Shown: piece after piece, positions 21,794-34,156 of the stretch
Position numbering within the stretch: position 1 is the stretch's first letter
Layout of the letters: every line of letters begins with the position of its first letter
Assembly: GCA_032718475.1 (NCBI GenBank)
Contig: JAUCBJ010008361.1
Span: forward strand, 1 to 64,000
Reading direction: 5' to 3'
DNA from: Nemertoderma westbladi
Lineage: Eukaryota; Animalia; Xenacoelomorpha
Length of the DNA stretch: 64,000 nt
Translations under genes and position numbers: made by a program
The notes under the pieces: model-generated
Seen by the model: the letters and a program-made list of their open reading frames with translations, nothing else
Told to the model about the DNA's origin: nothing
The model's database searches: none

Positions 21794-23682
21794 GTCAGTT
21801 TCTCTAGAGTTTTATTAATTATAGTCCCGGTATTTCCGTATCTTTTGTCTAGAGTTTTCCATGCGTCGTAGTAGGCTTCATGAGAACCTCCCTCAAAACA
21901 AGCGATGATTCGGCGTGGTTTGTCACCCAGGTATTGCGATAAATATACCAGTTTCTGTGCATCGGCTATGTCCGTTGATCCAATCTGCGCAAAGAACCGT
22001 TTCTTGAATCTGAGGTAATCGACGGGATCTCCTTCGAAGGTGCGGATCTCCATCTTGGGCATGGAGAGGCGGTTTTCCAATGCCCGGATAATGCCGATGT
22101 TGTCCGAACTGGAGTGGTTCGGAGGGTTATAGTTATTGGCACTCTCTCCCATACTCTATGTATCAATGGTAGGTGGAGTTTTAATGATGACGCGACTACG
22201 GGTTTGTGGTGTGGATGTGAACGGGTTGTTGGATCGAGGAGTGGCGTCCCGTTCCGAGTCCCTTTCAGGCTCGTACTTGGGTACACTCGTTGCTATGGGG
22301 TTGGATGGGAAATACGGTTCCTCATTTTTAAGCGTAACCGGTGGGGGATGGAACACCGGGGCTTGTGCCGATAGTGTAGACTGTTTGGTAGGCGGGATCT
22401 CGGGTTTCGGAAGTTTCGCCGCTGTTGGTGTAAATGACTTTTCTAACTCCGGTACCGGGATTGGTTCATATTCCTGATCTATATCCCTTTCCCAGTCCTC
22501 GTAGAGTTGAATATCTCGTTCTATAAGTGCGGCTTCGTATTCCGCGAGTTTTGCAATATCCGCATTCTTTTTGTGGATGAGAATTGCTTGGGCCTCGGCG
22601 TGTTGTTTACGCATTTCTGCTTCCCATTTACGTTGTTCGATCTCTCGTTCGGCCTCTCGTCCGCGTTGTTTGGCCTCCTGTTTGCGTTGTTCGGCCTGTC
22701 GTTCGTCCTCTCGTCTACGTTGTTCGATCTCTCGTTCGGCCTCTCGTCCGCGTTGTTCGGCCTCCTGTTTGCGTTGTTCGGCCTGCCGTTCGTCCTCTCG
22801 TCTATGTTGTTCGGCCTCTCGTCTATGTTGTTCGGCCTGCCGTTCGTCCTCTCGTTTACGTTGTTCGGCCTGCCGTTCGTCCTCTCGTCTATGTTGTTCG
22901 GCCTCCTGTTCGCGTTGTTCGGCCTGCCGTTCGGCCTCTCGTCTATGTTGTTCGGCCTCCTGTTCGCGTTGTCCGGCCTGCCGTTCGGCCGCTTGTTCGG
23001 GTTGTTCGGCCTGCCGTTCGGCCGCTTGTTCGGCCTCTCGCTTTTGTGTTTCGGCGGCTAATACATCTTGCTCGGCTTGCAGTTGAATATACTCATCTTC
23101 CATCCGAGCTTTGAGGGCTAATGCCTTCCATTCTCGGAGTTGGTCTCGGAGTGGCGGCGCCCCTTGAGAACTGCGTGCTGATCCGGATATCTCGCTCCTA
23201 GCGCTGGAGTGCTGATTTCTAGCGGACCCCGTTCTCTTTCGATGTACTGCTGTCCTGATGCTGGAGGATCGTACCGATTCCGCATCTGTTCTTTCGGCCC
23301 TCTTGTAATACTGTTCTTCATAGCCTCTCACAAGGCTGAGGGTCCTCCGGTGTTGTTTGCGGAACCCATCTAGATGTACAACGTGTTCTTCCAACTTGGG
23401 GTAGTTTTCCTGATCAGTGGAGGGAACGAGCTCTTGGTACGCCTGTATCATTCTTTCGTACCGCTGTAGGATATTTCGGATACTTTGAAGCTGAGTTTGT
23501 ACCTCATTGAGGGGGGTTTTGACTCCCTTGAGTTGTTTCTCCATCCGTTGATACGCTCGGGTTACTCCGCCTTTGAGAGCCCCTAGCCGACGGGTCATGT
23601 TCTTGACGTTTGGTACCTCGTCGGCTTCCGAGTCTGTGTGGTGATCCATCTCGTCGGTATCGGATACGTTATTTGTCGTCAT
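21794..23682 (-). pseudogene. Gag of element D, truncated, with one in-frame TAG at 22156-22158
   Basis: ORFs 22156-23682 and 21568-22152 share a frame; LSMPKMEIRTFEGDPVDYLRF...QKLVYLSQYL...AWKTLDKRYG; E/R/Q/A repeat tract at about 22620-23060. Confidence 0.85.
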
Positions 23683-23870
23683 TGTAACGCCTCGTCGATA
23701 GCTAGATACGCGATGTCATAAAACAGTTCCTCGTGGGTATTGTACTCAGCTTGGACCACCCGAACGGTAATCCTGAATCGTCCGACGTTCGTTCCTTGTA
23801 CTTCAACTTCGACGTGCCAGATTCCTGGCTCAACTTGGATTATATCAATGGGTGTGATCGATACTTCCAT
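23679..23870 (-). CDS. Small 63-aa ORF upstream of D gag with ATGA stop/start overlap
   Basis: True ATG at 23870; its TGA overlaps the gag ATG; alternating hydrophobic beta-strand pattern. Confidence 0.4.
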   Translation of the reverse strand: MEVSITPIDIIQVEPGIWHVEVEVQGTNVGRFRITVRVVQAEYNTHEELFYDIAYLAIDEALQ

Positions 23871-24105
23871 TCCCTGTTAACAACTCTCCAAATATGTGAT
23901 CTGCCGACTACGAGTTGGTTAGATCGAGTTTGTTGATTAATAAAACCACGACTTCGTCTTAACTCAAATACCAGAGTTTCCTCGTAGTGGGTGCTGGCAA
24001 GCACGTAGAGAGTTTTGAAGAGTATTGAAGGATTCTCAACTTCCACCAGTTGAAGTTGACCGTAATTATTCTTAATTTTGACACCCTGTCAAAATTAACC
24101 GCATT

Positions 24106-24118
24106 AATTATTCTTAAT
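24106..24118 (-). promoter_or_regulatory. PBS-position sequence of D, complementary to its own LTR
   Basis: Plus-strand AATTATTCTTAAT lies 2 nt from the LTR end and is the exact reverse complement of ATTAAGAATAATT at 24345-24357. Confidence 0.72.
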
Positions 24119-24120
24119 TT

Positions 24121-25730
24121 TGTTGCCGTTATCCCAACACCAGGGGGGAAAAACGCCGATGCTGGAGACGTGACTTTACAGACCACTGAGCCCCGGCCAG
24201 TCACCGGATATTGATTTTGGAGAAGGAATGATTTCTGAGATGCAGGGTTGCGGTTGAGAAAAAGCTGCATTAGTTGGATATACTCTTTAATGTAACTGAA
24301 CTCTGTTGAACCTGGTCAACAATATTGAACCCTGTTGAACCCTGATTAAGAATAATTTTGGGCTTCCCCAAATCAATATACACCAAATATTCACAATAAT
24401 TATACACGATAATATAAATCCCTACGGTATATTATTTAATTACCCACTGTTCGCTCAGATTTTAGCCTACCTAATGTTCCCCAGATTTTCCCTCGGTCCT
24501 AGTCTTAGTGCCGTAGTGTCGGTGTCGGTCGACCCTGTCGCGTGTCCGTTCCACCCCTCACGAACCCCGAAGGGAACGATCATCGAGAACCAGCACGGCT
24601 TGGCTAAGGGTCGGTCCAGTCGGTAGACTCTGTCGCGTATCCGTACCGCCCCTCTCGAACCCCGAAGGGATCGGTCATCGAGAACCAGTACGGCTTAGCT
24701 AGGAGTCTGTTGTGTCGGTGGACCCGTTCGCGTGTCCGTTCCACCCCTCACGAACCCCGAAGGGTTCGATCATCGAGAACCAGAACGGCTTGGCTAGGGG
24801 TCCGTCGGTTCATCGCAGAAACCCAACCACCTAGGCTTTCCGAGTCCCTTTCAGGCTCGTAGTCGCTTCGGCAGCCGAGAAACTGCTCCGAACAGTCGGT
24901 AGGCCAGTAGAGTCTAGTCCTTTGTCTTTCGACCCCGTCGCGTGTCCGTTCCACCCCTCACGAACCCCGAAGGGAACGATCATCGAGAACCAGTACGGCT
25001 TGGCTAAGGGGTCTGTCGTCGGTTCCCGTCGCAGATCCCGGTACAAGCAGTCAGCGTTCCGAGTTCTTTTCAGTCTCGTAGTAGCTGCCGTTGACCAGAG
25101 ACCGCTAAGGGCAGTCCTCGTCAAACCCGTCCTGTGGCCAGCCCTTTCGCATGTCCGTCCCACCCCTCGCGAACCCCGAAGGGATCGGTCATCGAGAACC
25201 AGTACGGCTTAGCTCAGGGGGCAGTCGTTAGTTGGCCACCCGTTCGCGTGTCCGCTCCACCCCTCACGAACCCCGAAGGGTTCGATCATCGAGAACCAGA
25301 ACGGCTTGGCTACTAAGGGGCCGTCGTTTCCCGTCGCAAATCCCTGACACAAGCAGTCAGCGTTCCGAGTTCTTTTCAGTCTCGTAATAACTGCTGTTGG
25401 CCAGGGACCGCTAAGGGCAGTCCTTGTCCTTTAGGCCTGGCGCATTACCAAATCCACCCCTACAGGCAGCAGGAAGTTGGCCAGGGCCTAATAGTACTCA
25501 GGCTAACCTGAATACTGCTTGCATTTTCCATCCCCCCCTGGCCCTTATAACTATGAAATTATTCCCGTACCCTGTAAGTTGCCCCAAAGTTCGCCCATAA
25601 ATCGCCCCCAGTTTATTGAATGTGCCCAAAACCCATGGTCCCGCACCCAGTAGTAATATCGGAATAATCAATTTTAATAAAATACAAAAATATTCAACTC
25701 GCGTTATGGAAAGTTGAAATACCGCGAACA
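24121..25730 (-). repeat. 5' LTR of D (1610 bp) with GC-rich internal repeats
   Basis: About six roughly 80-bp units containing CGAACCCCGAAGGG at 24530-25320; element-sense ATTAAA near 24290. Confidence 0.9.
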
Positions 25731-26380
25731 CTTTGTATGGTAACTATGACATGGTATGTTTGCAATGTTAATCCTATTAGGGGGGGTGGCGAATCCCCCC
25801 CCCCCCCCCCCCCCCCCCTCCCCGCCCCCCACATATGGGAAATCGAAATCGAAAACGACAAATTTATTTTGATTTGATTCGATGCCAGTCCCTGAAATTA
25901 CAATGGGTTTTTCCACAGCCCACCATAACATATGATTTTAATGAGATCGACAAGCCATTTGAATTGGTAGTACCGCAGTTAGTACTAACCTGCTCCTTTG
26001 ATAGTAATATTAATTGGAGGGCAACTCCCTCTGAATGGATCAACAATTCCTGTATGAAAACAGGAATATTGATCCGTGGGCTGATTGGTTATTCACGGAT
26101 CAATATACCTGTACGGAACGGCTTGTGTCATTACAAAACGTTATACGGGGGGGGGGGGGGGGGGGGGGGGGTAGGGAAGTGCTACACCAAAAGGGCAGAC
26201 CAATTTTCGATTTTAATTCGCACAATTTAATATGATATCATGCAAGTTCGGTTCAGTACACCATTTTCGGACAACTCTTCGATTTATCACTCTCAGCGTT
26301 TCAAATTTTTTTGGTTGGGGCTATAATTTGGAATATACAGTAGGTACATAAGATGCTCATCTACATGACAGGTCAAAAAT

Positions 26381-28423
26381 ACTTAGTTGCACTTAAAACC
26401 CTAAGGCGTTTACAGTTGTAAATAACATGATAATCACATGAAATTTTTAGATGATAGATCAAAGATGGGGTAACATACCTATCAGGCGAAATTTTGTGAA
26501 AATAATTCTGCACCGCTAGGTGGCGCTGCACATGTATACTAATTTTTTCTAATAAATAGTATTAAATTTTATTAAGAACAAATTTCAAAAAGTTGTCTGA
26601 TAATTTTATGCAGGGTGGCTATCTAGACACCCACAGGAAGTTTGTAGAGGTAGTAGTGTTTTGAAGTTGGCAATTTCATGAAAAAAATATTTTGAGATAA
26701 TCGACCTTTCATTATACATACAGTAGTAATAGTAATTTCAATAGGATTCCCTAAATGGAAATTGTTATAACATTAAAACTAAAATATCTATTAAATAGCG
26801 GATTTCAGATTTGGAAACACCATTTAATCATGCAGTATGATCAATCATAAAAATAGTTTCGTCATATTTTCGACCAAAAACAAAATTTTTGGCGCCCTCT
26901 AGCGGCTTGCATATAGATTTTAAAAATTACACTAAAAAGATTACTCCTACGTTATTTGCCATTTTTATTTTCTGATACCACATTTTTTGGAACCAGCCCA
27001 GCATGTTCACTTTCATCATATTATTCAGCCACATTTTGTATTTTCGTTTTCTATTTCTAATAATTAGGAATTTTGTAAAAAAAATTCAAAAATTTTTATA
27101 AACTGAAAAAACTTAATGTTAAAACCATTCCGCGCAAAACTACCGTACCTGTATGGTGTCTGGTTGGTTAATAGTGACTGACATGAAGGAAGCACAATAC
27201 CGAGCTAAAATTATATTTACAGGGGTTTTCGGGGTTGCTGATTGCATTTCTGATGTCAGTTTTAATAGGTGGTGGAATCTAGTCTGTCCGTCGGTTGGTT
27301 GGTTGTCTGTCTGTCTGTCTTACATTTTGACAGACAGATTGACAGACAGATTCCACGCACAGAATTACTAAAATTACTTTATTTTTCACTTATTCATTCA
27401 TACATACAATACGGTATATCATGGGGCAATACTCACAACTAATATATACAACCAATTCGAGTCAAAATAAACAAAATTGTAAGAGCTTCACTTAGCTTCA
27501 CTTTTAGCCATTATCAGTCACATTCAAATCCAATATATAAACAACTAAACATACTAACGTTATAAAACATTTACAAACTTGAAGTAGAAAAATTAATGTG
27601 GGACATAAATAACAATAAATAACAACTTTTAATCACATCTTTATTTCAAGAAAAAATAAAAATACATAAATATAATACTAGATCACTAGCGTCCTTAAAT
27701 TTCTTTCTCCCTCGAACTCGGATACAATCAACACAAAAATAAATAGCACAAAAATATGGAATTCACTACAGTTTGACTTAAAATATAATAAATCCAAGAA
27801 ATCTTTAGTAATTTTTCCATTAAAATGAGCACATCTGCAGCACCCCCCCGGGATTTATTGTGTACCTGTAATACTTTCATGTGGACCCCCAACCACATTC
27901 CGTGAAGGTGAAAAATGCATTGGTGCAACCACAACAATAGAACTGGAATGCTGCGCGATCCGATATGCAATCCAGAAATATCGCATATACTTATTGGGCC
28001 TTCCTTTATTTACAGTTGTGACAGTTCACAGGCCTTTAGTCACACTATTTAATAACTACTCAGTCGATCAGAATGAAAACAGCGGATCAAACGTGATATG
28101 CAACCCTGTTACCAATTCAAAGTCAAATGGCAAAAAGGGAAATCCATCATTGGCTGTAACATTAATATCGCTGCTATGTGTGTTAAAGTCGATGACATAC
28201 ACCACGAATTAACTATTACATACTCGAGGAACTGCGTGTAGCAAGCAGCACAGGATGCTTCAAACTACAAGAAACTTATCGAATTAATCCAAAATGATTT
28301 TCAGTATATCTGAGAGCTGCCTCCGTTTTAGAAAAAGTTCAAATTGATTCGAGGTGAACTTTCATTAACCGATGGTCTAATCCTTTACTGGGATAGGGTT
28401 ATTGTCCCACAAACCCAACAGCC
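26381..28423. repeat. Inverted paralog of 3990-5254 plus 18053-18950, lacking the BEL insertions
   Basis: Single TAATG (CATTA) at 27114-27118 and single CAGCC at 28419-28423. Confidence 0.88.
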
Positions 28424-30804
28424 TGAGATATTATGTCGAATGCACACATCCCATCAGGGTATCACCCGTACCAAGCAGCGCGCCCATCTGACTATTTACT
28501 GGCCGGGAATATCACGTGATATTAAACTTATGATTAATAAATTGCCACTAATTACGACCCAGTCTCGCTTCTAAAGATACACTAAAATCTGATAAAACCC
28601 CATTCCAATCTGTATCTAACGACCTTTTTGCTATTGGTAGTAAACACTACCTTGTTTACGTAGATCGACTTTCTGGTTGCCCAGATATTCATGAGTGGCG
28701 GCATGACCCAACTTCAAAGGAAGTTGCACATATTTTAAGACAGAGATTTGTAGACCTAGGAGTCCCTTTTCTCTTGAGGTCAGATGGCGGACCTCAATTC
28801 AAGGCAGCCTCATTCCCCGCATTCCTGAAGTGATGGGGAGTTGAATGGAGACCCAGTACCCCATACTTCCTGTCCAGTAATGGACATGCAGAAGCTGCAG
28901 TAAATCCCTTAACCCTTTAGTACCGGGCTATAAAATGTTGTACAAATACCGGGGGGGGGGGGGGGGGGGGAGGGTCATATTGACCCCCCCCCCCCCCCCC
29001 CCCCCCTCTAAAATCTACAAATATTTACAACAACGTCTGATTTTTTGTTTGTACGTAGGTATCACTTGTCTGGATCCGACCGAAAAAAAACATTTCGAAA
29101 AAATGTACTGGGGTGGGTATATTGCAGCACAAAAAATTACCAATAGTGCACAATTTTCACAAAATTTGAAAGTTACATTTTTTGGCTAATTGTTTTTCAA
29201 TACAGGTATTCTGGGGTGGAAAATACATTGGAAAATATTTAAAAATGATATGATTACTATAAAGGGCTGTTTAGTCCTCTCTGCGTAGGAAAAAAATGAA
29301 AAAAACTAGTAACCAGCACTTTTCGGTTAGAACACAAAATTTTTAATTCACTTATACGATGTTATAAATTCACATTTTCAGGGTTTCGAGGGCGCTGATT
29401 TTAATGGAATACATTTCTAATATGCCAGATCATTGCTACTTGTATTTTTCGGCGTAATTTGGCAAATTTTGGTGCTAGCACCAAATTTCGTACCCATCAC
29501 CAAAACGTACAAGTTTACGATGTCCAGTGCTGTTTTTATTGATTCCATCGGATTCAGGGCCCTCATAAACCCGTATAACGCAAGAAACAAGGTGATACTA
29601 TCTACTGATCAATTTGCATATTTTCCAAAATTTGGTGCTGGCACAACAATTTTCACCCACCGGCGAAAAATACAAGTTTGAGAACTCTTATGAAATTTTT
29701 ACTGATTCCATTGAATTCAAAACCATCACAAACCCGTATAACGCAATAAACAAGGTGACACAATCAATTGATATATTTGATGGTTTTCAAAATTTGGTGC
29801 TAGCACCACATTTTGCACCCACATCCGAAAAATACAAGTTTGCGATGTCTAGTTCGATAATTATATATTCCATTGAATTCAGAACAGCCATAAACCTCTA
29901 AAACGCAAGAAATAAATTGTCACAAGCAATTTTATCTATTGAATGGATTTTCAAAATTTCGTGCTAGCACCAAAATTTGCACACAGCACCGAAAAATACA
30001 AGTTTGATACGCTTGGTGCAACTCGTATATATTTCATCGAATCCAGAATCCCAAAAAACCCCAATTGCGTAAAATAAAAGTTTCAAACAATCAATTTACA
30101 AAATTGACATATTTCAAAATTTGGTGCTGGCACCAAAATTTGGCACCCACCGAAAAAAACAAGTTTGAAATTTCTAAATCAATTTATATGAATTCCATCC
30201 AATTTCTAACACCAAAAAACCGGTGTAATTCAAAAATAGAGATGTTACAATTCATATTTAATGAAATGTAATTTTCAAAAAACGTCTCAAAAAAAGTGCC
30301 AAAAGTAGGGTTAAAAAATGGTGCTATAACTCGAAAAGTACCCAATATTTTTGAAAACGGTTTTCACTACTAGGAAGACAATAGGGTTTTAGGAAAAGTC
30401 ATAAAATTTCAGATTCCCAACTGCGTTTGTTTCAGAATTATAATAAAAAAACCACGGGGGGTCATATTGACCCCCCCCCCCCCCGGGTTTAATAGGGTTA
30501 AACACCTCGCATCAAAGTTCCCCCACCACGAAACCAATTCCTCGCCTTCGTTTCCTCCGTCCTTACATATCACCGGATGACACTGAAAATTCAAACTTAT
30601 CAAAAGGTACCCCCAAATCAAACATTCATTCAAACATCAATTCGCCAAACATTCACAAACTGAAACTATTTCTCCCGCAGCACCATCACTGCGACGAGGC
30701 CTTCAAACATAGACACCGGTTATTCGTTTCGAACAAACAACAACTATACCTATCTAAACTCACTGTTAACAGTCCAAACTCTTAAGATCGTGAAGGAAAG
30801 GGGA
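28320..30804 (+). pseudogene. Decayed Ty3/Gypsy integrase region, split by a MITE and ending in a polypurine tract
   Basis: HTSHQGITRTKQRA...YWPGI, YLVYVDRLSG, LRSDGGPQF, SNGHAEAAV; GAAGGAAAGGGGA at 30792-30804. Confidence 0.82.
28913..30497. mobile_element. piggyBac-like MITE with about 180-bp internal tandem repeats
   Basis: TTAA at 28909-28912 and 30498-30501; CCCT...AGGG ends; subterminal GGGTCATATTGACCCCC at both ends. Confidence 0.85.
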
Positions 30805-31102
30805 TGTGATAATCACAATGTCGTTACCCCCAGAAACATTATACTTATATCATAGCTTGCCCCATATAAGTAGTTATGATATATTACTGTATTAGGCATA
30901 TGCCTGGTGATGGAGTACAGGAGTACAGCGGTAGGCCTATCTATATAAATATAGCGCTATAGCCAGATAGTGCGGTGACTGATACCATGATATGATATCC
31001 ATTAATTTATTAATAATATGGACATATTATTATCATAATGTTTTATATTATATACTGTATGACCATGACCAACTGGTTCATTTACCGGTCCAAGACATAA
31101 CA
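30805..31102 (+). repeat. Probable 3' LTR of the Gypsy relic
   Basis: TGT directly after the purine tract; the right end (ACA at 31102) is a guess because no partner LTR is in the window. Confidence 0.4.
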
Positions 31103-31445
31103 TTATTATAGTACCGGCTGACCGGTATTTCAACCCGGTGTTATTTTAAATCAAATCTGTAGGCCTACCAAACTCAATACAGCGTGGAATGCAGTATTGC
31201 TGCTGAAGCTACTGCTGGAAACAACATTTTATCAATGTTCCTTATTAATTTAATTAATTTAAATTTTATTTAATTACATTAATTTAATTAATTGTAGTGT
31301 TAGAAGATAGGCAAGACTATCCGCTTTTAATTAATATAAGCCGCGTGTGAAATGATTGGATTTAATGTGTATTATATAAATTTGTATGGGTAGAAAATCA
31401 CCATCCGTAGAAAGCAAGGTAATAAATTATCAGAGCACATCATAC

Positions 31446-31590
31446 AACTACTCTCGGATCGGAATGCTGCATTGCAGTTGCATTACATATTATTATATTA
31501 AGAATGCTGTGCCGGCTTGTCGACGAAATTGCGCCGCCACAACTCACTATCACACATGACATTTGCAAGATCATCCGCATCTTCATCTGG
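31446..31590 (-). mobile_element. 3'-end fragment of the RTE LINE
   Basis: Reverse complement resembles 37435-37560. Confidence 0.7.
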
Positions 31591-32628
31591 CTGAATCTGG
31601 GTGCGTGATAGATAGATAGATTTATTTATACATTATGTAAAAACAATAACAAATACACCAAACAGTGTACCGGTATAAAGGTATTGTCCAACATAACATA
31701 TAGGATTACCCCTAAAGCTTTGCAGCTTATTTCCAAGGGGGGTCCTTTATGTTACTTGGTTACAAATACAACATTACACTACGCTAACCTAAAACCACTA
31801 TAAAACGTAATTACACTATGTACATGTACAACTTTACTGAGAGCGTGACAATGTCCGACTCAACGATAAAGATGTAATGTACAGAACAATTTATTATAAA
31901 ACGTAATTACAGTATAAATAGTAAATAATTAATAAACTAATAACTTACTGTAGGACTATTCTACCTATTTTTACATTGGGATTTACCGTGGGATTGGTTG
32001 TGTAACAATGCATGTTGGGTGTGATGACAATATATTATTAGGTATGTGTTGTGTGAATGAATCTTAATATGTTTTAATATTGTAAATGTATATTGCCATA
32101 TATTGTCAATGGTGCACGTCTAATATGTTATTATTTCGCAAAGAAGGAGAAGTCTCCTAATAAATAAGCTATTCTTGTTATCCGATCCTACTCCACATTG
32201 AGCATATTATATGTATTAGAGTTAAATGCTATTAAAGTCTCAAATAAATGATAGTAACTCAATTCATTGATTGACATTGAAGTTGCACATTCTTAGTCTA
32301 GGTTAAGGTTATGGGAAAAATATATGTTGCTTTTTTAACAACAACCCCATTGTAAACATATATGAACTATATATATATATGAACTTAGAGCGAGAGCGCG
32401 TACGATTGGGTGAGGATGGCAGTCACATTTTGGCTGCAATCTAACATACATACTTGATGTAAGAACACACAAGCCATCCATTCTTGATAGGCATTGAATT
32501 ACTCAATGATTCAAACATCTTCAAATGTTCCCATTTGCTCAAAATATATTCTTGTTTAAACTGCCTCTCATATCAACGAAACTTAATGAAACTACAAATA
32601 AAATCAACTAAAACGATTAAATTCTTAC

Positions 32629-33312
32629 CATCATGTTGATAAATTAGTTGATCTTCATAAACTTCTTCCAGATCTTGCAGTGATAAATAGCAGCTGTAAT
32701 ACCGGGCGTGAGAGATATATCCTGGGAAGGGTCGATTTGGTAACCCACATGTCCCACAAATACGTCGACCCAATGAAAGTTCGAAAACACCATCATTAGG
32801 ATTCCTTTCAGTAGTTATGGTGTTGATGAAATCTACCATCTGATATTCAGAACTCCCAACTCTTCGACTGTAGAGGAATGTTTGCATATTAACTGCACTC
32901 ACAGAAACGACAACCATATACCATTCTCCTACAGTTACAGCGTTACTAAATTCTTTTCCTGGTTCAATAGGAACCTCAGGATTATACCAAAGATCCACAA
33001 TACTATCATATAACCAGAAGTGTGAAGCATATGCAGTAGAACTGGAATATTCAAATATCGGACCAACTTGAGATCCAGTTGGCTTAATATAAACTATCGT
33101 AGTAAATGTCTCGGAAGTTAACTCGTCTGGACCATGTTGTATTGAGATATAGCCAGTATTCTTTATCATGTCAACTGCCTGATTTTCAATCCCCCCAGGA
33201 CCAACACTATAGGCAATAATGCCGTTTTCAATACCAGGATGATTTCCATAAAAATCGTCAGCGGCATTTGATATATTCCAAATCCACAACGTCTTTTCAT
33301 TTTCACAAGTAT
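32629..33312 (-). CDS. Host exon: LamG/concanavalin A-like domain
   Basis: Acceptor TTTCAG and donor GTAAGA; 684 bp, phase 1-1; GPGGIENQAVD, GEWYMVVV, FPGYISHARYY. Confidence 0.82.
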
Positions 33313-33607
33313 CTGAAACATGTATAAATAAATATTAGTTAGTAGCGGGGGAGTTTTTGTTTCGGCATAAATGATTTAAAGGGAATGGTCAGGCTGCATC
33401 AGGAAATGATAGCTGAATGAGTGAAGGTTTTCTCTGGGGAGTATATTTCAGGGTGGCGGTTGGGGGGCTGCACTGCTACAGTAATATGTCATCAGACTTG
33501 TTTGCAACCCCTGACCTAATGACAGAAGAAACCACAAGAACTAACGTGGAGTTTGGCAGCTGCTAGGAATTGCGGCTTTCACATTATATGTACTTGTTCA
33601 AATGTAT

Positions 33608-33672
33608 GGTAGCTCAGTGGAAGAGCTATCATCACACGGGTGTCATGGGTGTCCCTTGTTCAAATCCCGCTT
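33608..33672 (+). mobile_element. Degenerate tRNA-derived (SINE-like) head
   Basis: A-box-like TAGCTCAGTGG and B-box-like GTTCAAATCCC; no proper cloverleaf. Confidence 0.4.
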
Positions 33673-34156
33673 AAAACGGATTTGTTCGTTTAAATAAATT
33701 ATACAACCTTACCAAAAAAATTGTTGTAAATTTTCATAGGAAATCGGTATAAATTCCCGGATTGAAAGTTCTGTGAATCACCATTGGATATATCCATATT
33801 GTTTACCACCGACACTAACAGTTCAAATAATGGTAATGGTGTAGATTAAGAAAGTTTATCACCAAAACAATAAGTCAGATTCATTAGCAAACAGTTTTTT
33901 TATATTTCTTCAACATTCCCAGGTGAGCGTCAGAACTTTAATTAGATCAAGATCCCCCCCCCCCCCCCCCCCCACTCCATATCTATATATCTTTGTTTAA
34001 TCTGGATACATTTATTATAGTGAGGTTCAAACATAGTCCACTTTTGTGTTTTCTTCTTTTATTCCTGTGGGTCTCTATGAATAGACGCAATGACGCAAAA
34101 TATAGTGTTTATTTCGATTTTTTTAGATATAGGAGGGCATCTGGACACTGTACTAT

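Larger units (their letters stand above)
20858..25730 (-). mobile_element. Internally deleted BEL/Pao LTR element D (second family)
   Basis: TSD CTTTG (20853-20857, 25731-25735); termini TGTTCGCGG...CGGCAACA; complete 5' LTR 24121-25730 and truncated 3' LTR 20858-21793; gag with a DUF1759-like region. Confidence 0.92.

Noticed and set aside
24530-25320. CRISPR-like repeat-spacer pattern in the D LTR
   Set aside because: Units are long, degenerate and irregularly spaced inside a eukaryotic LTR; no cas genes.
25768-26230. Poly-G/C tracts and ORFs 25704-26235
   Set aside because: Homopolymer runs typical of MITE ends; probably a transposon fragment without definable boundaries.
33608-33672. 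Functional tRNA gene
   Set aside because: A and B boxes are present, but acceptor and anticodon stems cannot be formed.
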